DNA of 64,000 bases from Gemmatimonadota bacterium (GTDB lineage Bacteria; Gemmatimonadota; Gemmatimonadetes; Gemmatimonadales; GWC2-71-9). The stretch is from contig JANLPG010000078.1 in assembly GCA_031367105.1 (NCBI GenBank), positions 10,954 to 74,953 of the forward strand, read 5' to 3'. How positions within the stretch are numbered: the stretch's first letter is position 1; each line of letters begins with the position of its first letter. The notes under the pieces are model-generated. The model made no database searches and was not told the DNA's origin. It saw only the letters and a list, made by a program, of their open reading frames with translations. Shown in pieces: positions 46,613 through 57,593 of this stretch. A program made the position numbers and the translations under genes.

Positions 46613-47499
46613 CCGCGCAGGGCTACTCCACCGCGCCGCTCAGCGTCGCGGAAGGGGTCGAGGTAATCGGCCTGCTCACCCAGTTCGGCGCGGAGCACTC
46701 GGCAACGCTCCCGCGCGGCGGCAAGGACCGGATCGGGCACCCCCATTTCGCGGGCCAGGTCGTGCGCGATCCCGATGTCCTTCTCCAGCAGCGCGAGCCG
46801 GAAGAGCTTCGGGAAGGCGCCGGTGAGGACCCGCTCAGGAACCAGCACTTCGCTGACGAAGCTACGCCCGCTGGAAGCGTTGATCACATCGAGCACGTCC
46901 CGGGGGGCGAGACCGGCCCTGGCGAGCGTCACCAGCCCCTCGGAGAGCGCCAGGATATTCAAGGCAAGCAAGCCATTGTTGACCGCCTTGACGGCGTGCC
47001 CTGCCCCGACGGGACCAAGATGGATCACCTTGGTCGCGAAAGCGGACACCACCTGCCGGGCGCGGGCGACGTCGGCGTCGCTGCCACCGCACATCACCGT
47101 CAGGGTGCCCTTGGCAGCCAGCGGCGGCCCGCCGCTCAGCGGTGCGTCGACGAAGCCGACCCCCCGCTCGGCGAGCCGCGCCGCGATGGCGCGAGAGGTT
47201 GCCGGGTCACCCGAGGTACAGTCAACCACGAGCGCGCCGGGCGCGAGCGACGTCAGCAGCCCCTCCGGGCCATCCAGCAACGCTGCCACTTCGGCGGAGG
47301 TGGGCAGGCAGGTCACAATCGCCTCGACGCCCTCGGCCAGTTCGCGCAGCGAATTGGCCTGATTCGCGAGTGGGTGCGTCGCGACGAAGGCCTGGGAAGT
47401 GGCCGCAGTGCGGTTCCAGACCTTCAGTTCGTGCACTTCGGCCAGCCGTGCCGCCATCGGGGTACCGATGGCGCCGAGGCCGGCAAAACCGATCCGCAT
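46609..47499 (-). CDS. 3-hydroxyisobutyrate/beta-hydroxyacid dehydrogenase family NAD(P) oxidoreductase
   Basis: Track ORF 46609..47826. ATG at 47499 gives MRIGFAGLGAIGTPMA. Also DAPLSGG and GAGHAVKAVNN. Confidence 0.85.
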   Translation of the reverse strand: MRIGFAGLGAIGTPMAARLAEVHELKVWNRTAATSQAFVATHPLANQANSLRELAEGVEAIVTCLPTSAEVAALLDGPEGLLTSLAPGALVVDCTSGDPATSRAIAARLAERGVGFVDAPLSGGPPLAAKGTLTVMCGGSDADVARARQVVSAFATKVIHLGPVGAGHAVKAVNNGLLALNILALSEGLVTLARAGLAPRDVLDVINASSGRSFVSEVLVPERVLTGAFPKLFRLALLEKDIGIAHDLAREMGVPDPVLAAARERCRVLRAELGEQADYLDPFRDAERRGGVALRG

Positions 47500-47537
47500 C
47501 CGGGCTCCGGGAGTTCGAGACGCTAGAATGTACGGCC

Positions 47538-48731
47538 ATGGCGATCCGAATCCTCCACGTCGATCTCGATGCGTTCTTCGTCGAGGTCTGCCGGCAGCAG
47601 CAACCGGCCCTCCGCGAGGTGGAGTTGCTGGTGGTTGGCGGACGCCGCGAGTCCCGCGGCGTCGTGCAATCGGCCAGCTATGGCGCACGCAAATTCGGGG
47701 TTCGATCCGGAATGCCGATCGGCCAAGCAGTGCGGCTCTGCCCCGATGCGACCTTTGTACGCGGTGAATTTGCGCACTACCGTGCGGCCTCGCGGGCGGT
47801 GCGGCGGGTGCTCGAGGAGCACGCACCGCTGGTCGTGATGACCGGCCTGGATGAGGGTTATCTCGATTTCAGCGGTACCGATCTCCTGCATCCCGTCTCG
47901 CTGCTCGGGGTGGCGACGACGATCCGCCGGGCCGTGTCGGCGGCGGTCGGGCTGGACTGCTCCATCGGAATCGGTCCCAACCGGATGATCGCCAAGCTTG
48001 CGAGCGACTACGCGAAGCCCCGGGGGATCTGCGAGGTGCGCGAAGGGTGGGAGGAGCGATTTGTGGCCGGCCTGCCCCTGGCCGCCCTGCCGGGAATCGG
48101 CCCGAAGAGCTCCCGGCGGCTGCAGGAACTGGGACTCGAAAACGTCGCCCAGGTGCAGGCAATGGCAGTCGAAGAGCTGGCCCGGTTGCTCGGCCGCGAG
48201 GAGGCGGCGGCGCTCGCCCGACGCGCAACCGGCCGCGGGGGTCTGACGCTTCGCCCGCACGGCGTACCAAAGTCGGTGAGCCGGGAGACCACATTCGGGC
48301 GCGATGTGCGCACGCTGGCCGAACTGGACCGGGTGCTGCTGCTGTTGACGGCGCGAATGGCCGGTCAACTTCGTGACGAGGGGCTGGTCGCCGGTGCGGT
48401 GGTGCTCAAATTGCGACACGGTGATTTCGTGACCGTGACGCGACGCAAGTCGCTCACCTCGCCGAGCGCGTTCGACGAGGAATTGATCGCGGCGGCTCGA
48501 GGGCTGCTCGGCCCAGCGTTCAGCGCGGCCGACGCCCGGCGGCAGGGGGTACGCCTGCTGGGGATCGCGGCGAGCAGCCTCACGCCAGCGGAGGCCCCCG
48601 ACCTGTTCGAATCGGCCGATCGCGGCCGTCGCCGGGAGGTGGTGCGCGCCGTCGATGCAGTGCGGGCACGGTTCGGCTTCGAGGCGCTGCAGAGCGGTCG
48701 CCTGGTCAAACCGCCCGGGCGGGCGGATTAG
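47538..48731 (+). CDS. dinB: DNA polymerase IV (Y-family)
   Basis: Track ORF 47142..48731. ATG at 47538 gives MAIRILHVDLDAFFVEV. Also SIGIGPNRMIAKLASD. Confidence 0.95.
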   Translation: MAIRILHVDLDAFFVEVCRQQQPALREVELLVVGGRRESRGVVQSASYGARKFGVRSGMPIGQAVRLCPDATFVRGEFAHYRAASRAVRRVLEEHAPLVVMTGLDEGYLDFSGTDLLHPVSLLGVATTIRRAVSAAVGLDCSIGIGPNRMIAKLASDYAKPRGICEVREGWEERFVAGLPLAALPGIGPKSSRRLQELGLENVAQVQAMAVEELARLLGREEAAALARRATGRGGLTLRPHGVPKSVSRETTFGRDVRTLAELDRVLLLLTARMAGQLRDEGLVAGAVVLKLRHGDFVTVTRRKSLTSPSAFDEELIAAARGLLGPAFSAADARRQGVRLLGIAASSLTPAEAPDLFESADRGRRREVVRAVDAVRARFGFEALQSGRLVKPPGRAD

Positions 48732-48772
48732 CTTTCGACGTCCGCGGAGTAAGACTTCACCGGGAGCAGGCG

Positions 48773-49168
48773 ATGGCAACAGCAGAGGGGCGTACGATTC
48801 CGTTCGTGGGACCCGAGGCAATCGAGGCCGCGGTGCTGGAGACCTTTCCCTACGATGGACCCCAGCAGGAGATCGTGACCACCACCGGTGAGTTCAGCGC
48901 AGTCTGTCCGTTCAGTGGCCTTCCGGACATCGCGACACTCACGCTGCGCTACGTGCCGAGCGATCGTTGCATCGAGCTGAAGAGTCTCAAGTACTATGTG
49001 ATGAGTTACCGGAATGTCGGGATCTTCCAGGAGCATGCCACGGCACGACTCGCGCAGGATCTGCAGCAGGTGCTCCACGCCAGAACCCTGACCATCACGA
49101 CGCTCTATAATGTGCGAGGCGGGTTCGAGACCACTTGCAGCGTGACGTTGCCGAGCCAGCCACTGTAG
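48773..49168 (+). CDS. queF: NADPH-dependent 7-cyano-7-deazaguanine (preQ0) reductase, unimodular type
   Basis: EFSAVCPFSGLPD catalytic Cys block and ELKSLKYY QueF motif; 131 aa. Confidence 0.9.
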   Translation: MATAEGRTIPFVGPEAIEAAVLETFPYDGPQQEIVTTTGEFSAVCPFSGLPDIATLTLRYVPSDRCIELKSLKYYVMSYRNVGIFQEHATARLAQDLQQVLHARTLTITTLYNVRGGFETTCSVTLPSQPL

Positions 49169-49194
49169 CCCCACGAGGTCCCCCGATCGCCTTC

Positions 49195-49347
49195 TCCTCC
49201 GAGTCCGTTGCGCTGCAGGAACTGCTGCTCGGTCACTACTCGCTGGAACGCGAGCTGGGTCGTGGTGAGATGGGTACGGTCTTTCTCGCTCGTGACATCC
49301 GGCTCGAACGACCGGTCGCACTGAAGGTGTTGCATCCCGCGCTCGCG
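49195..49347 (+). pseudogene. remnant of a Ser/Thr protein kinase N-lobe (subdomains I-II only)
   Basis: Track ORF 49135..49503 contains LLGHYSLERELGRGEMGTVFLARDIRLERPVALKVLHPALA. This parallels [41 protein letters not shown] of the intact kinase at 58694. There is no catalytic loop downstream. Confidence 0.5.
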
Positions 49348-49590
49348 AAGTCGACCTGCTGGAGGAGTTGGGCGGACACCGGAAGCTCCGCACGCTGCTG
49401 CGGCCCGGGCAGGGCGCCGGAATCACCCCGACCCCCGACCCTGTCTAGCGACGCAATCGGGTTGCTGCCTTGCGAACGCCGTGGTCCGGAGATAACTTGC
49501 TAGCCGACAAGCAAGCCAACCGAGGCCGCCCTGCCCCGTATCGCTGCGGCACCCAGCAAGACCCGCGACGCCGAGCGTACCCGCTCGGCG

Positions 49591-50202
49591 GTGCTCGATG
49601 CCGCCGAGACTCGTTTTGCCGAGCGGGGCTTCGCCGCGACCTCGATGGCCGACGTCGGTGCGCACGCCGGCGTCTCGCGGGGCACACCGGGATATTTCTT
49701 CCGCTCCAAGGCCGAACTCTACCGGGCAGTCCTTGATCGCTCGTTTGCCGACGCACTCGACGCCGTCCGGACCGGTCGCCTCCGGGCGATGCGCAGCGGT
49801 CGTCCGGCGGCTGATGTGCTGGAGGGCGCGGTGAACGACTATGTCGACTTCGTCGCGGCCCACCCGAAGTTCGTCCGCCTGATTCAGCGCGAGGCACTCG
49901 GGGAAACCACCGGCATCGGGAATCTCCCGCTAGGCCAGGCCGTCGGGGCCGAGGCCGTGGCTGCGCTGGCACAAGAGCTCGGCTTTCCGCCGCGCGCCCA
50001 GTCGGCGGTGCGGCACGTGCTGCTCTCCCTGATCGCGCTCACCTGGTTTCCGCTGGTGCACGCGACCACGCTGGTGCGGGCAATCGGGTTCGACGCGGCG
50101 GATCCGCGCTTCGTCGCTGCCCGGAAGAAGCACATCACCGCCCTGTTACTCGGCGCACTCCACCCGCGCCGCACCTTACCGCTTCGCCGGAGCAGTCGAT
50201 GA
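49591..50202 (+). CDS. TetR/AcrR family transcriptional regulator
   Basis: [42 protein letters not shown]. The stop overlaps the start of the downstream acyl-CoA dehydrogenase. The true start could be a non-canonical codon upstream. Confidence 0.8.
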   Translation: MLDAAETRFAERGFAATSMADVGAHAGVSRGTPGYFFRSKAELYRAVLDRSFADALDAVRTGRLRAMRSGRPAADVLEGAVNDYVDFVAAHPKFVRLIQREALGETTGIGNLPLGQAVGAEAVAALAQELGFPPRAQSAVRHVLLSLIALTWFPLVHATTLVRAIGFDAADPRFVAARKKHITALLLGALHPRRTLPLRRSSR

Positions 50203-52064
50203 CTGACGTTCTCGCCCCCGCGCCCAATGTGACTCCCGTGACGCCCCGCGTGGCGCCAACGGTCGAGGAGGCACGGGCCGTCGCCGAAGCGGCGCGTGAA
50301 ACGGAGTGGACGGCGCCGAGCTTCGTGCGCGAGCTGTTCGAGGGGCGCCTGCGCCTTGACCTGATTCACCCCTTTCCCGCACCGACTGCTGCGGATGTTG
50401 CCAAGGCGAAGCCGTTCCTCTCGGCGCTCGAAGCGTTCTTGCACGCCAACGTCGATAGCGACAGGATCGATCGCGAGAAGAAGATCCCCGATGAGGTGAT
50501 CGAGGGCCTCCGGGCGCTCGGTGCGTTCGGGATCAAGATCCCCGAATCGTATGGCGGACTCGGCCTCTCGCAACTCTCCTACACGCACGCGATTGCGATG
50601 GTGACCTCGCACGACGGCTCACTCACCGCACTGCTTTCGGCCTCGCAATCGATCGGCGTCGCCGTCCCCCTCAAACTGTTCGGGACCGAGGAACAGAAGC
50701 AGCGCTACCTCCCCCGGCTCGCGCTCGGCGCCATCTCGGCCTTTGCGCTCACCGAGCCGCACGTCGGATCCGACCCGGCCGGGCTCACCACGCAAGCCGA
50801 GAAGAGTGCCGACGGGACGCACTGGATTCTCAACGGCGAGAAGCTCTGGTGCACCAATGGCCCCATCGCCGAGGTGATGGTGGTGATGGCGCGTACGGGG
50901 AAGCGCATCACCGCATTCATCGTGGAGGCCGACTGGCCCGGCGTGGAATTGGTCCACCGGCTGGAGTTCATGGGCCTCAAGGGGATCGAGAACGGCGTGA
51001 TGCGCTTCACCAACGTCCGCGTGCCCGCGAACAACGTGATCTGGGGCGAAGGAAAAGGGTTGAAGCTCGCGTTGACCACGCTCAACACGGGACGGCTCAC
51101 GCTCCCGGCCTCGTGTGCGGCGGGGGCGAAGCGAGCGCTCGAGATCACCCGGCGCTGGGCGGCGGAGCGGGTGCAATGGGGCAAGGCGATCGGCAAGCAC
51201 GACGCTGTGGCACAGATGCTGGGCACGATGGCAGCCGATACGTTCGCGATGCAGGCCGTGAGCGATCTGGCGTCGCTCCTGGCCGACCGCGGCGATGCCG
51301 ACATCCGGCTGGAGGCGGCGCTCGCCAAGCTCTGGAACTCGGAGATCGGCGACCGGATTATTGATGATTGCCTGCAGATCAAGGGCGGCCGCGGTTACGA
51401 GACCGCCGACTCGCTCCGGTTGCGCGGCGAGCGCCCCGACCCGGTGGAGCGGATGTATCGTGACTTCCGCATCAACCGGATCTTCGAGGGATCGAGCGAG
51501 ATCATGCGGCTGTTCATCGCCCGGGAAGCGGTCGACACCCATCTCAAGGTGGCCGGCGACCTGATCGATCCGAAGTCGTCCGCCGGCACCAAGGCGAAGA
51601 GCCTCCTGCGTGCTGCGCTGTTCTATGCGGTGTGGTATCCCAGGCACTGGTTCGGTGCGGCATTCCTCAAGTACGGCGAGTTCGGCGCGCTAGCCAGGCA
51701 CCTGCGATTCGTGGAGCGGCGCTCGCGCAAGCTGGCGCGGACGCTCTTCCACGCCATGGTGCGCTTCGGCCCGAAGCTGGAGCAGCGGCAGTCGGTACTG
51801 TTCCGCCTGGTGGATGTTGGGGCCGAACTGCTGGCGATGAGCGCGGCGATTTCGCGCGCCGAGGCGCTGCGGAAGGATGGCAACGCCGACGCGGTGGAGC
51901 TGGCCGACGTGTTCTGTCGGCACGCGAGTCGGCGGGTCGAGGCGCTGTTCCGTGAGACGTTTGGCCCGAGTGATGTCGCGACCTATCGCACGGCGCAGCG
52001 TGTGCTCAAGGGGGAGTTCGCGTGGCTCGAAGAGGGGATGGTGCGGGAGCCGGATCAGCGCTGA
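50199..52064 (+). CDS. acyl-CoA dehydrogenase family protein (long, about 620 aa form)
   Basis: [28 protein letters not shown] blocks. Confidence 0.85.
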   Translation: MTDVLAPAPNVTPVTPRVAPTVEEARAVAEAARETEWTAPSFVRELFEGRLRLDLIHPFPAPTAADVAKAKPFLSALEAFLHANVDSDRIDREKKIPDEVIEGLRALGAFGIKIPESYGGLGLSQLSYTHAIAMVTSHDGSLTALLSASQSIGVAVPLKLFGTEEQKQRYLPRLALGAISAFALTEPHVGSDPAGLTTQAEKSADGTHWILNGEKLWCTNGPIAEVMVVMARTGKRITAFIVEADWPGVELVHRLEFMGLKGIENGVMRFTNVRVPANNVIWGEGKGLKLALTTLNTGRLTLPASCAAGAKRALEITRRWAAERVQWGKAIGKHDAVAQMLGTMAADTFAMQAVSDLASLLADRGDADIRLEAALAKLWNSEIGDRIIDDCLQIKGGRGYETADSLRLRGERPDPVERMYRDFRINRIFEGSSEIMRLFIAREAVDTHLKVAGDLIDPKSSAGTKAKSLLRAALFYAVWYPRHWFGAAFLKYGEFGALARHLRFVERRSRKLARTLFHAMVRFGPKLEQRQSVLFRLVDVGAELLAMSAAISRAEALRKDGNADAVELADVFCRHASRRVEALFRETFGPSDVATYRTAQRVLKGEFAWLEEGMVREPDQR

Positions 52065-52187
52065 TCGGGACGCTCGCTCCCGCACTGCGTCGAGAGGATC
52101 GCGATCGGTGGCCCGACGAGTCGCAGGTGCCCGGACACCGTCGCAGCCGGCACGGTATTGAATACCCTCGGGCTGTCGGGGAAGTCG

Positions 52188-53096
52188 TCAACCCTCGCCG
52201 AGCCGACGCGCGAGCGCCGCACGCAGGGTGACCTCTGCTCCACCCGCCGCCAGCCACGCGGCGGGCCAGCCGGTGACGCCATCACGCGCCCCGAGTAAGC
52301 CCCCCAGCGCCGCACCGAGGGAAGGCGATACTCCACCCGCCATCGCCATTGCGGCAAGCGCATCGAGTCCCCGCGGACGATGATGCGCTGTCCACAGCAA
52401 CCAGGTCACGCTCGCGGTGGGCGACGGCATCGCGCCCCGAGGCAACGGTGGTGCGGCTCGAGGGTCACGCGGAATCGTCCGCACCGCTTCCAGCAGTTCC
52501 GCTGGTGCGTCGTTGGCCCGCAGCACCGCGATCACATCGGGGAGGAAGTCGCGACTTCCTTCGAGAAAGCGCGACGCGGCCACTACCACGGCGACGGCTG
52601 CGAGCGCCGCCTCCTCGCTCGGATCGATCAACCGGGAGACGTGGAATGCCCCGGCGATCATCGACTGCGGCGAGGCGGCCGCCAGCGCCGATGGCAGCAC
52701 CGCCGCGATCGCAGCGACTCCAGCGGCCGGGAGCATCGCGATTGGTGCGTCAAAGTCGCGGAGCTGATCCAGGGCCAGGGCCAGCAGCGGGTCGGCGTCG
52801 CCGCCGTCCTCAGCCCACCACTCCACCCAGCGCCCGGCGAGCCGGTGGAGGTCCACTCCGCCGGTCGCCAGCTGTTCGAGCAGGGCGTCGGCAAGGGCGG
52901 TGGCAGCACGGCGGCACCCCGCTGGCGGCGCGAGCGCGACCGGCACACCCTCGGCCCCGAGGCGGGCACGTATGGCCTGTGGATCGGTCACATCGGCAGT
53001 GCTGGCGGCAAGCGCTGCACCGATCACCGCGCCCACCAGGAAGCCCTCGCGCCGGTCGGCGAGGGTCGGATCGGGGCGAGGGCGCTGGGTCGTCAT
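52188..53096 (-). CDS. ADP-ribosylglycohydrolase-like protein with degenerate metal-ligand motifs
   Basis: Track ORF 52188..53303, ATG at residue 70 (53096). The N-terminal DRREGFLVGAVIGAALAAS and C-terminal AGGVSPSLGAALGGLLGARDGVTGWPAAW echo the family blocks DRxxGxLxGxAxGDALG and GGDTDTxAAIAGALxGA..G...IP..W, but the Asp/Thr residues are replaced. Confidence 0.5.
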   Translation of the reverse strand: MTTQRPRPDPTLADRREGFLVGAVIGAALAASTADVTDPQAIRARLGAEGVPVALAPPAGCRRAATALADALLEQLATGGVDLHRLAGRWVEWWAEDGGDADPLLALALDQLRDFDAPIAMLPAAGVAAIAAVLPSALAAASPQSMIAGAFHVSRLIDPSEEAALAAVAVVVAASRFLEGSRDFLPDVIAVLRANDAPAELLEAVRTIPRDPRAAPPLPRGAMPSPTASVTWLLWTAHHRPRGLDALAAMAMAGGVSPSLGAALGGLLGARDGVTGWPAAWLAAGGAEVTLRAALARRLGEG

Positions 53097-53199
53097 CCGG
53101 ACAAGATACCGGTGATCAGCGCCGCTTCCACGCCCGTGTAGATTTCCGGGGCCAGCAATTCCGGCATCACGCTCCACCCTCTTTTCAAGGGGCCCGTCC

Positions 53200-54483
<1,284 letters not shown>

Positions 54484-54542
54484 GTGATGATGGATGGTGG
54501 ATGATGGATGATGGATGGGGGTTGATCCATCATCCATGATCC
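54484..54542. repeat. heptamer-repeat palindromic element, copy B
   Basis: GGATGGT GGATGAT GGATGAT GGATGGG at 54492-54519, loop GGGGGTTG, then GATCCATCATCCATGATCC (54524-54542). 13 perfect bp (54504-54516 with 54525-54537), extendable to 17/18. It fills the gap between the convergent gltA and speA stops. Confidence 0.85.
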
Positions 54543-54560
54543 AATTTCGAACCCCGAGCG

Positions 54561-56498
54561 TCACTCCTCGAGGTAGGTGTACCCCTCAAGCCCCGCCACA
54601 TAATCCGCGATGTATGAATTGGTATCCTGCCGCGACAGACCGGCCGCGCGATTCACCTTGCGCCGGAAGGTGGCGAGCAGATCGGAGGCGTGGAACTGGA
54701 CGTAGGTCAGCACTTCGGTGACCGTATCGCCGTGCACGAGGTCGGTGATCTCGTAGCCGTCGTCCTTCTGGCGGACGTGGACGGCATTGGTATCGCCGAA
54801 CAGATTGTGCAGGTCGCCGAGAATCTCCTGATAGGCGCCGGTGAGGAAGATGCCGAGGATATAGGGCTCACCCTCCCGCCAGGGATGCAACTCGAGCGAA
54901 GGCTTTCCCTTTCGCCCGCCGGTGAAGCGATCGATCACCCCATCGGAGTCGCAGGTGACGTCCTGAATGGTGCCGCGCCGCGTGGGCATCTCGCCCAGGC
55001 GATGGATCGGCATGATCGGGAAGAGCTGGTCGATGGCCCAATTGTCGGGAAGCGACTGGAACAGTGAGAAGTTGCAGAAGTACCGATCGACGAGCGCCGT
55101 CTCGAGGTGCGCCGCGAGCTCGGGATAGGAGGCACGATCATCACCCATTGAACTCGCCAGGGCGTTGAGCGTGGTGATATAGAGCTGCTCGGCGTTGGCC
55201 CGGTCGCGCAGCGAGTAGACCCCGCTTGCGAACAGCTCCTGCGAGCGTTCCTTGGCGAAGACCGCATCGTGGAACGCTTCCTCGATCCGGTCGGGGGTCA
55301 GTGTGTCCAGGTTCTCCTGCATTTCGAGCAGAAGAGGCTGGTCGTCTTCGTGGAGGAGGACGGGTGCCGACTGATTCTGTGACTCGCAGTCGATCACATT
55401 GATCAGCAGCAGCGAGTGATGCGCCGTGATCGCACGTCCCGATTCCGAGATCAGATGCGGCATCGGCAGTTCTTCATTCCGGCAGACGCCACCGATGGTG
55501 TAAACCACATCGTTGGCATATTCCCGCATGGTATAGTTCATCGAGGCCGGGCGCGTGCTCCGCGAGCCGTCATAGTCGACGCCGAGCCCGCCGCCGACAT
55601 CGACGTAGTCGATCGCAAAGCCCATCTTCCGGAGCTCGACGTAGTAGCGGCCAACCTCTTCCAGCCCTGCCTTCACGAAGCGGATGTCCGTGATCTGCGA
55701 GCCGAGGTGGAAATGCACCAGTTTGAGGATATGCTGCTTTCCCGACTCCTGGAGCGTATCAAGCAGGCGCACCAGCTCCACGGCGGAGAGCCCGAACTTC
55801 GACTTCTCCCCCCCGCTCTTGGCCCAACGACCGGAGCCCTCAGTGGCGAGCTTGATGCGAACCCCCACCGTGGGCTCGATCTTCATCTCGTCGGCGACCT
55901 TGAGCAGCACCTCGAGCTCGTTGAGCTGCTCCAGCACGATGACAACTTTGTGACCGAGCTGCTGACCGATCAGGGCGTGGCGCATGAATACCTCGTCCTT
56001 GTAGCCATTGCAGATGATCAGGTGCCGATCGCTCTCGTTGAGGCCCAGAACCGCCATCAACTCCGGCTTGGAGCCACACTCGAGGCCGACGCCGTGGGGA
56101 GTACCAAACTCGACGATTTCCTGTACCACGTGCCGCTGCTGATTGACCTTCACGGGATAGACGGTGGTGTACTTCCCCTCGTAGCCGAAATCCTCGATCG
56201 CGACACGAAAGCGCTCGGCGAGTTCCGCGATCCGGGAGCGGAGAATGTCGGAGAACCGCAGCAACAGCGGGAGACCGACGCCCTGCGCGCTCAGGTCCAT
56301 TGCGATATGGTAGAGATCGATCCCGGGCGTGGCCGCACCGTCGGGGTGCACCATCACGTGGCCTTCTTCACTGATCCGGAAATAGCCCAGGCCCCAGCCC
56401 GTCATATTGTAGAGCTTTTCGGCGTCGCGCACGGTCCACTTGGACGGGTCGGCGGACGGCGACAGCGCGAACGGGGCGGTGGACGATGAGGCCATCAA
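54561..56498 (-). CDS. speA: biosynthetic arginine decarboxylase
   Basis: 645 aa. YTTVYPVKVNQQRHVV, HFHLGSQI, and overall SpeA length and blocks. Confidence 0.9.
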   Translation of the reverse strand: MMASSSTAPFALSPSADPSKWTVRDAEKLYNMTGWGLGYFRISEEGHVMVHPDGAATPGIDLYHIAMDLSAQGVGLPLLLRFSDILRSRIAELAERFRVAIEDFGYEGKYTTVYPVKVNQQRHVVQEIVEFGTPHGVGLECGSKPELMAVLGLNESDRHLIICNGYKDEVFMRHALIGQQLGHKVVIVLEQLNELEVLLKVADEMKIEPTVGVRIKLATEGSGRWAKSGGEKSKFGLSAVELVRLLDTLQESGKQHILKLVHFHLGSQITDIRFVKAGLEEVGRYYVELRKMGFAIDYVDVGGGLGVDYDGSRSTRPASMNYTMREYANDVVYTIGGVCRNEELPMPHLISESGRAITAHHSLLLINVIDCESQNQSAPVLLHEDDQPLLLEMQENLDTLTPDRIEEAFHDAVFAKERSQELFASGVYSLRDRANAEQLYITTLNALASSMGDDRASYPELAAHLETALVDRYFCNFSLFQSLPDNWAIDQLFPIMPIHRLGEMPTRRGTIQDVTCDSDGVIDRFTGGRKGKPSLELHPWREGEPYILGIFLTGAYQEILGDLHNLFGDTNAVHVRQKDDGYEITDLVHGDTVTEVLTYVQFHASDLLATFRRKVNRAAGLSRQDTNSYIADYVAGLEGYTYLEE

Positions 56499-56654
56499 GC
56501 ATCTCCTGGGGGAATCCGGGCAACCGAGGGCACAAGTCTAACGGACGGCCGAGGGTGGGGACAGCGGAGCGGATCCACCGGAACGTGCCTTCCCCTGGCC
56601 GCGAGGCGTCCACCCTGGCACCACGTAGAATCTTTCCTCGTCCCGGAGCTCGAG

Positions 56655-57593
56655 ATGCCAGACCGCCCCCCCCTGCAGACGATCGCGATCACCGGAGCAA
56701 CCGGGATGATCGGGCGGGCGCTTATGGGCTTGCTCAAGGCGCAGGGCTGCACCGCGATTCCGATCTCCCGGGGCGTGGTGGAGGGCGGAATCCGCTGGGA
56801 CCCGGCCCGCGGCGTTCTCGATCCTCGCGCCCTTGAAGGCGTGGAGGCCGTGGTCCACCTGGCGGGCGAAAATATCGCCGGTGCTCGCTGGACCAAAGCC
56901 CGGAAGCGGGAGCTGCGCGATTCGCGGATCGCTCCCACTCGCCTGCTTGCGAAGACGCTGGGCGGGCTGTCGCAGCCACCCAGGGTCCTGGTCAGCGCCT
57001 CGGCGGTCGGGATCTATGGCGACCGGGGGGAGGAGCAGCTCGACGAAACCTCGGCGCTCGGCACGGACTTCCTCGGCACGTTGGCGCGGGAGTGGGAGGA
57101 GGCAGCCGATCCTGCGCGGGCCGCAGGAATCCGGGTGGTCCACCCGCGATTTGGTGTGGTGCTCTCGTCAACCGGAGGCGCGCTCGCCCGACTCCTCCCA
57201 CCGTTCCGGCTTGGGCTCGGCGGACCGGTGGGCAGTGGTCGGCAATGGCTGGCCTGGATCGCGATCGCCGACGCCGTTGGGGTGATCGAACACCTCCTTG
57301 CGCGGAATGAGCTTTCGGGTCCAGTGAACGCCGTCGCACCGCAGCAAGTCACCAACGCCCAGTTCGGGAAGGCGCTCGGCACGGTGCTGCACCGCCCGGC
57401 CATTGTTCCGCTTCCGGCCCTGGTCCTGAAACTGGCATTTGGAGAAATGGCCGAGGCGACCCTGCTTGCAAGCCAAAGAGTGATTCCCGGGGTACTCCAG
57501 TCAAGCGGGTACGGGTACCGTTACCCGGTCCTGGACTCGGCGCTCCGCGCCGTGGTCGACGGAGCGGAAACGCCAAGCTCGGAGCATCAATGA
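56655..57593 (+). CDS. TIGR01777-family (YfcH/SDR39U1-like) NAD-binding protein with DUF1731 C-terminus
   Basis: IAITGATGMIGRAL, VVHLAGENIAGARWT..., and the C-terminal ...SQRVIPGVLQSSGYGYRYP. Confidence 0.8.
   Translation: MPDRPPLQTIAITGATGMIGRALMGLLKAQGCTAIPISRGVVEGGIRWDPARGVLDPRALEGVEAVVHLAGENIAGARWTKARKRELRDSRIAPTRLLAKTLGGLSQPPRVLVSASAVGIYGDRGEEQLDETSALGTDFLGTLAREWEEAADPARAAGIRVVHPRFGVVLSSTGGALARLLPPFRLGLGGPVGSGRQWLAWIAIADAVGVIEHLLARNELSGPVNAVAPQQVTNAQFGKALGTVLHRPAIVPLPALVLKLAFGEMAEATLLASQRVIPGVLQSSGYGYRYPVLDSALRAVVDGAETPSSEHQ

Noticed and set aside
48732-48772. Possible preQ1 riboswitch upstream of queF.
   Set aside because: Only 41 nt are available, and I cannot fold a preQ1-type pseudoknot or find its conserved loop sequence.
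53035-53105. Apparent 1-nt register conflict between my base-by-base reading of this line and the supplied ORF track, which would imply a frameshift in the ARH-like gene.
   Set aside because: Three independent track ORFs (52188..53303 -, 52380..53141 + and 52900..53115 +) read through consistently, so I attribute it to my own reading error. I took coordinates from the track (start at 53096).
54540-54560. TTCGAACCCC, which resembles a tRNA T-loop, next to repeat copy B.
   Set aside because: No acceptor, D or anticodon arms can be built around it.
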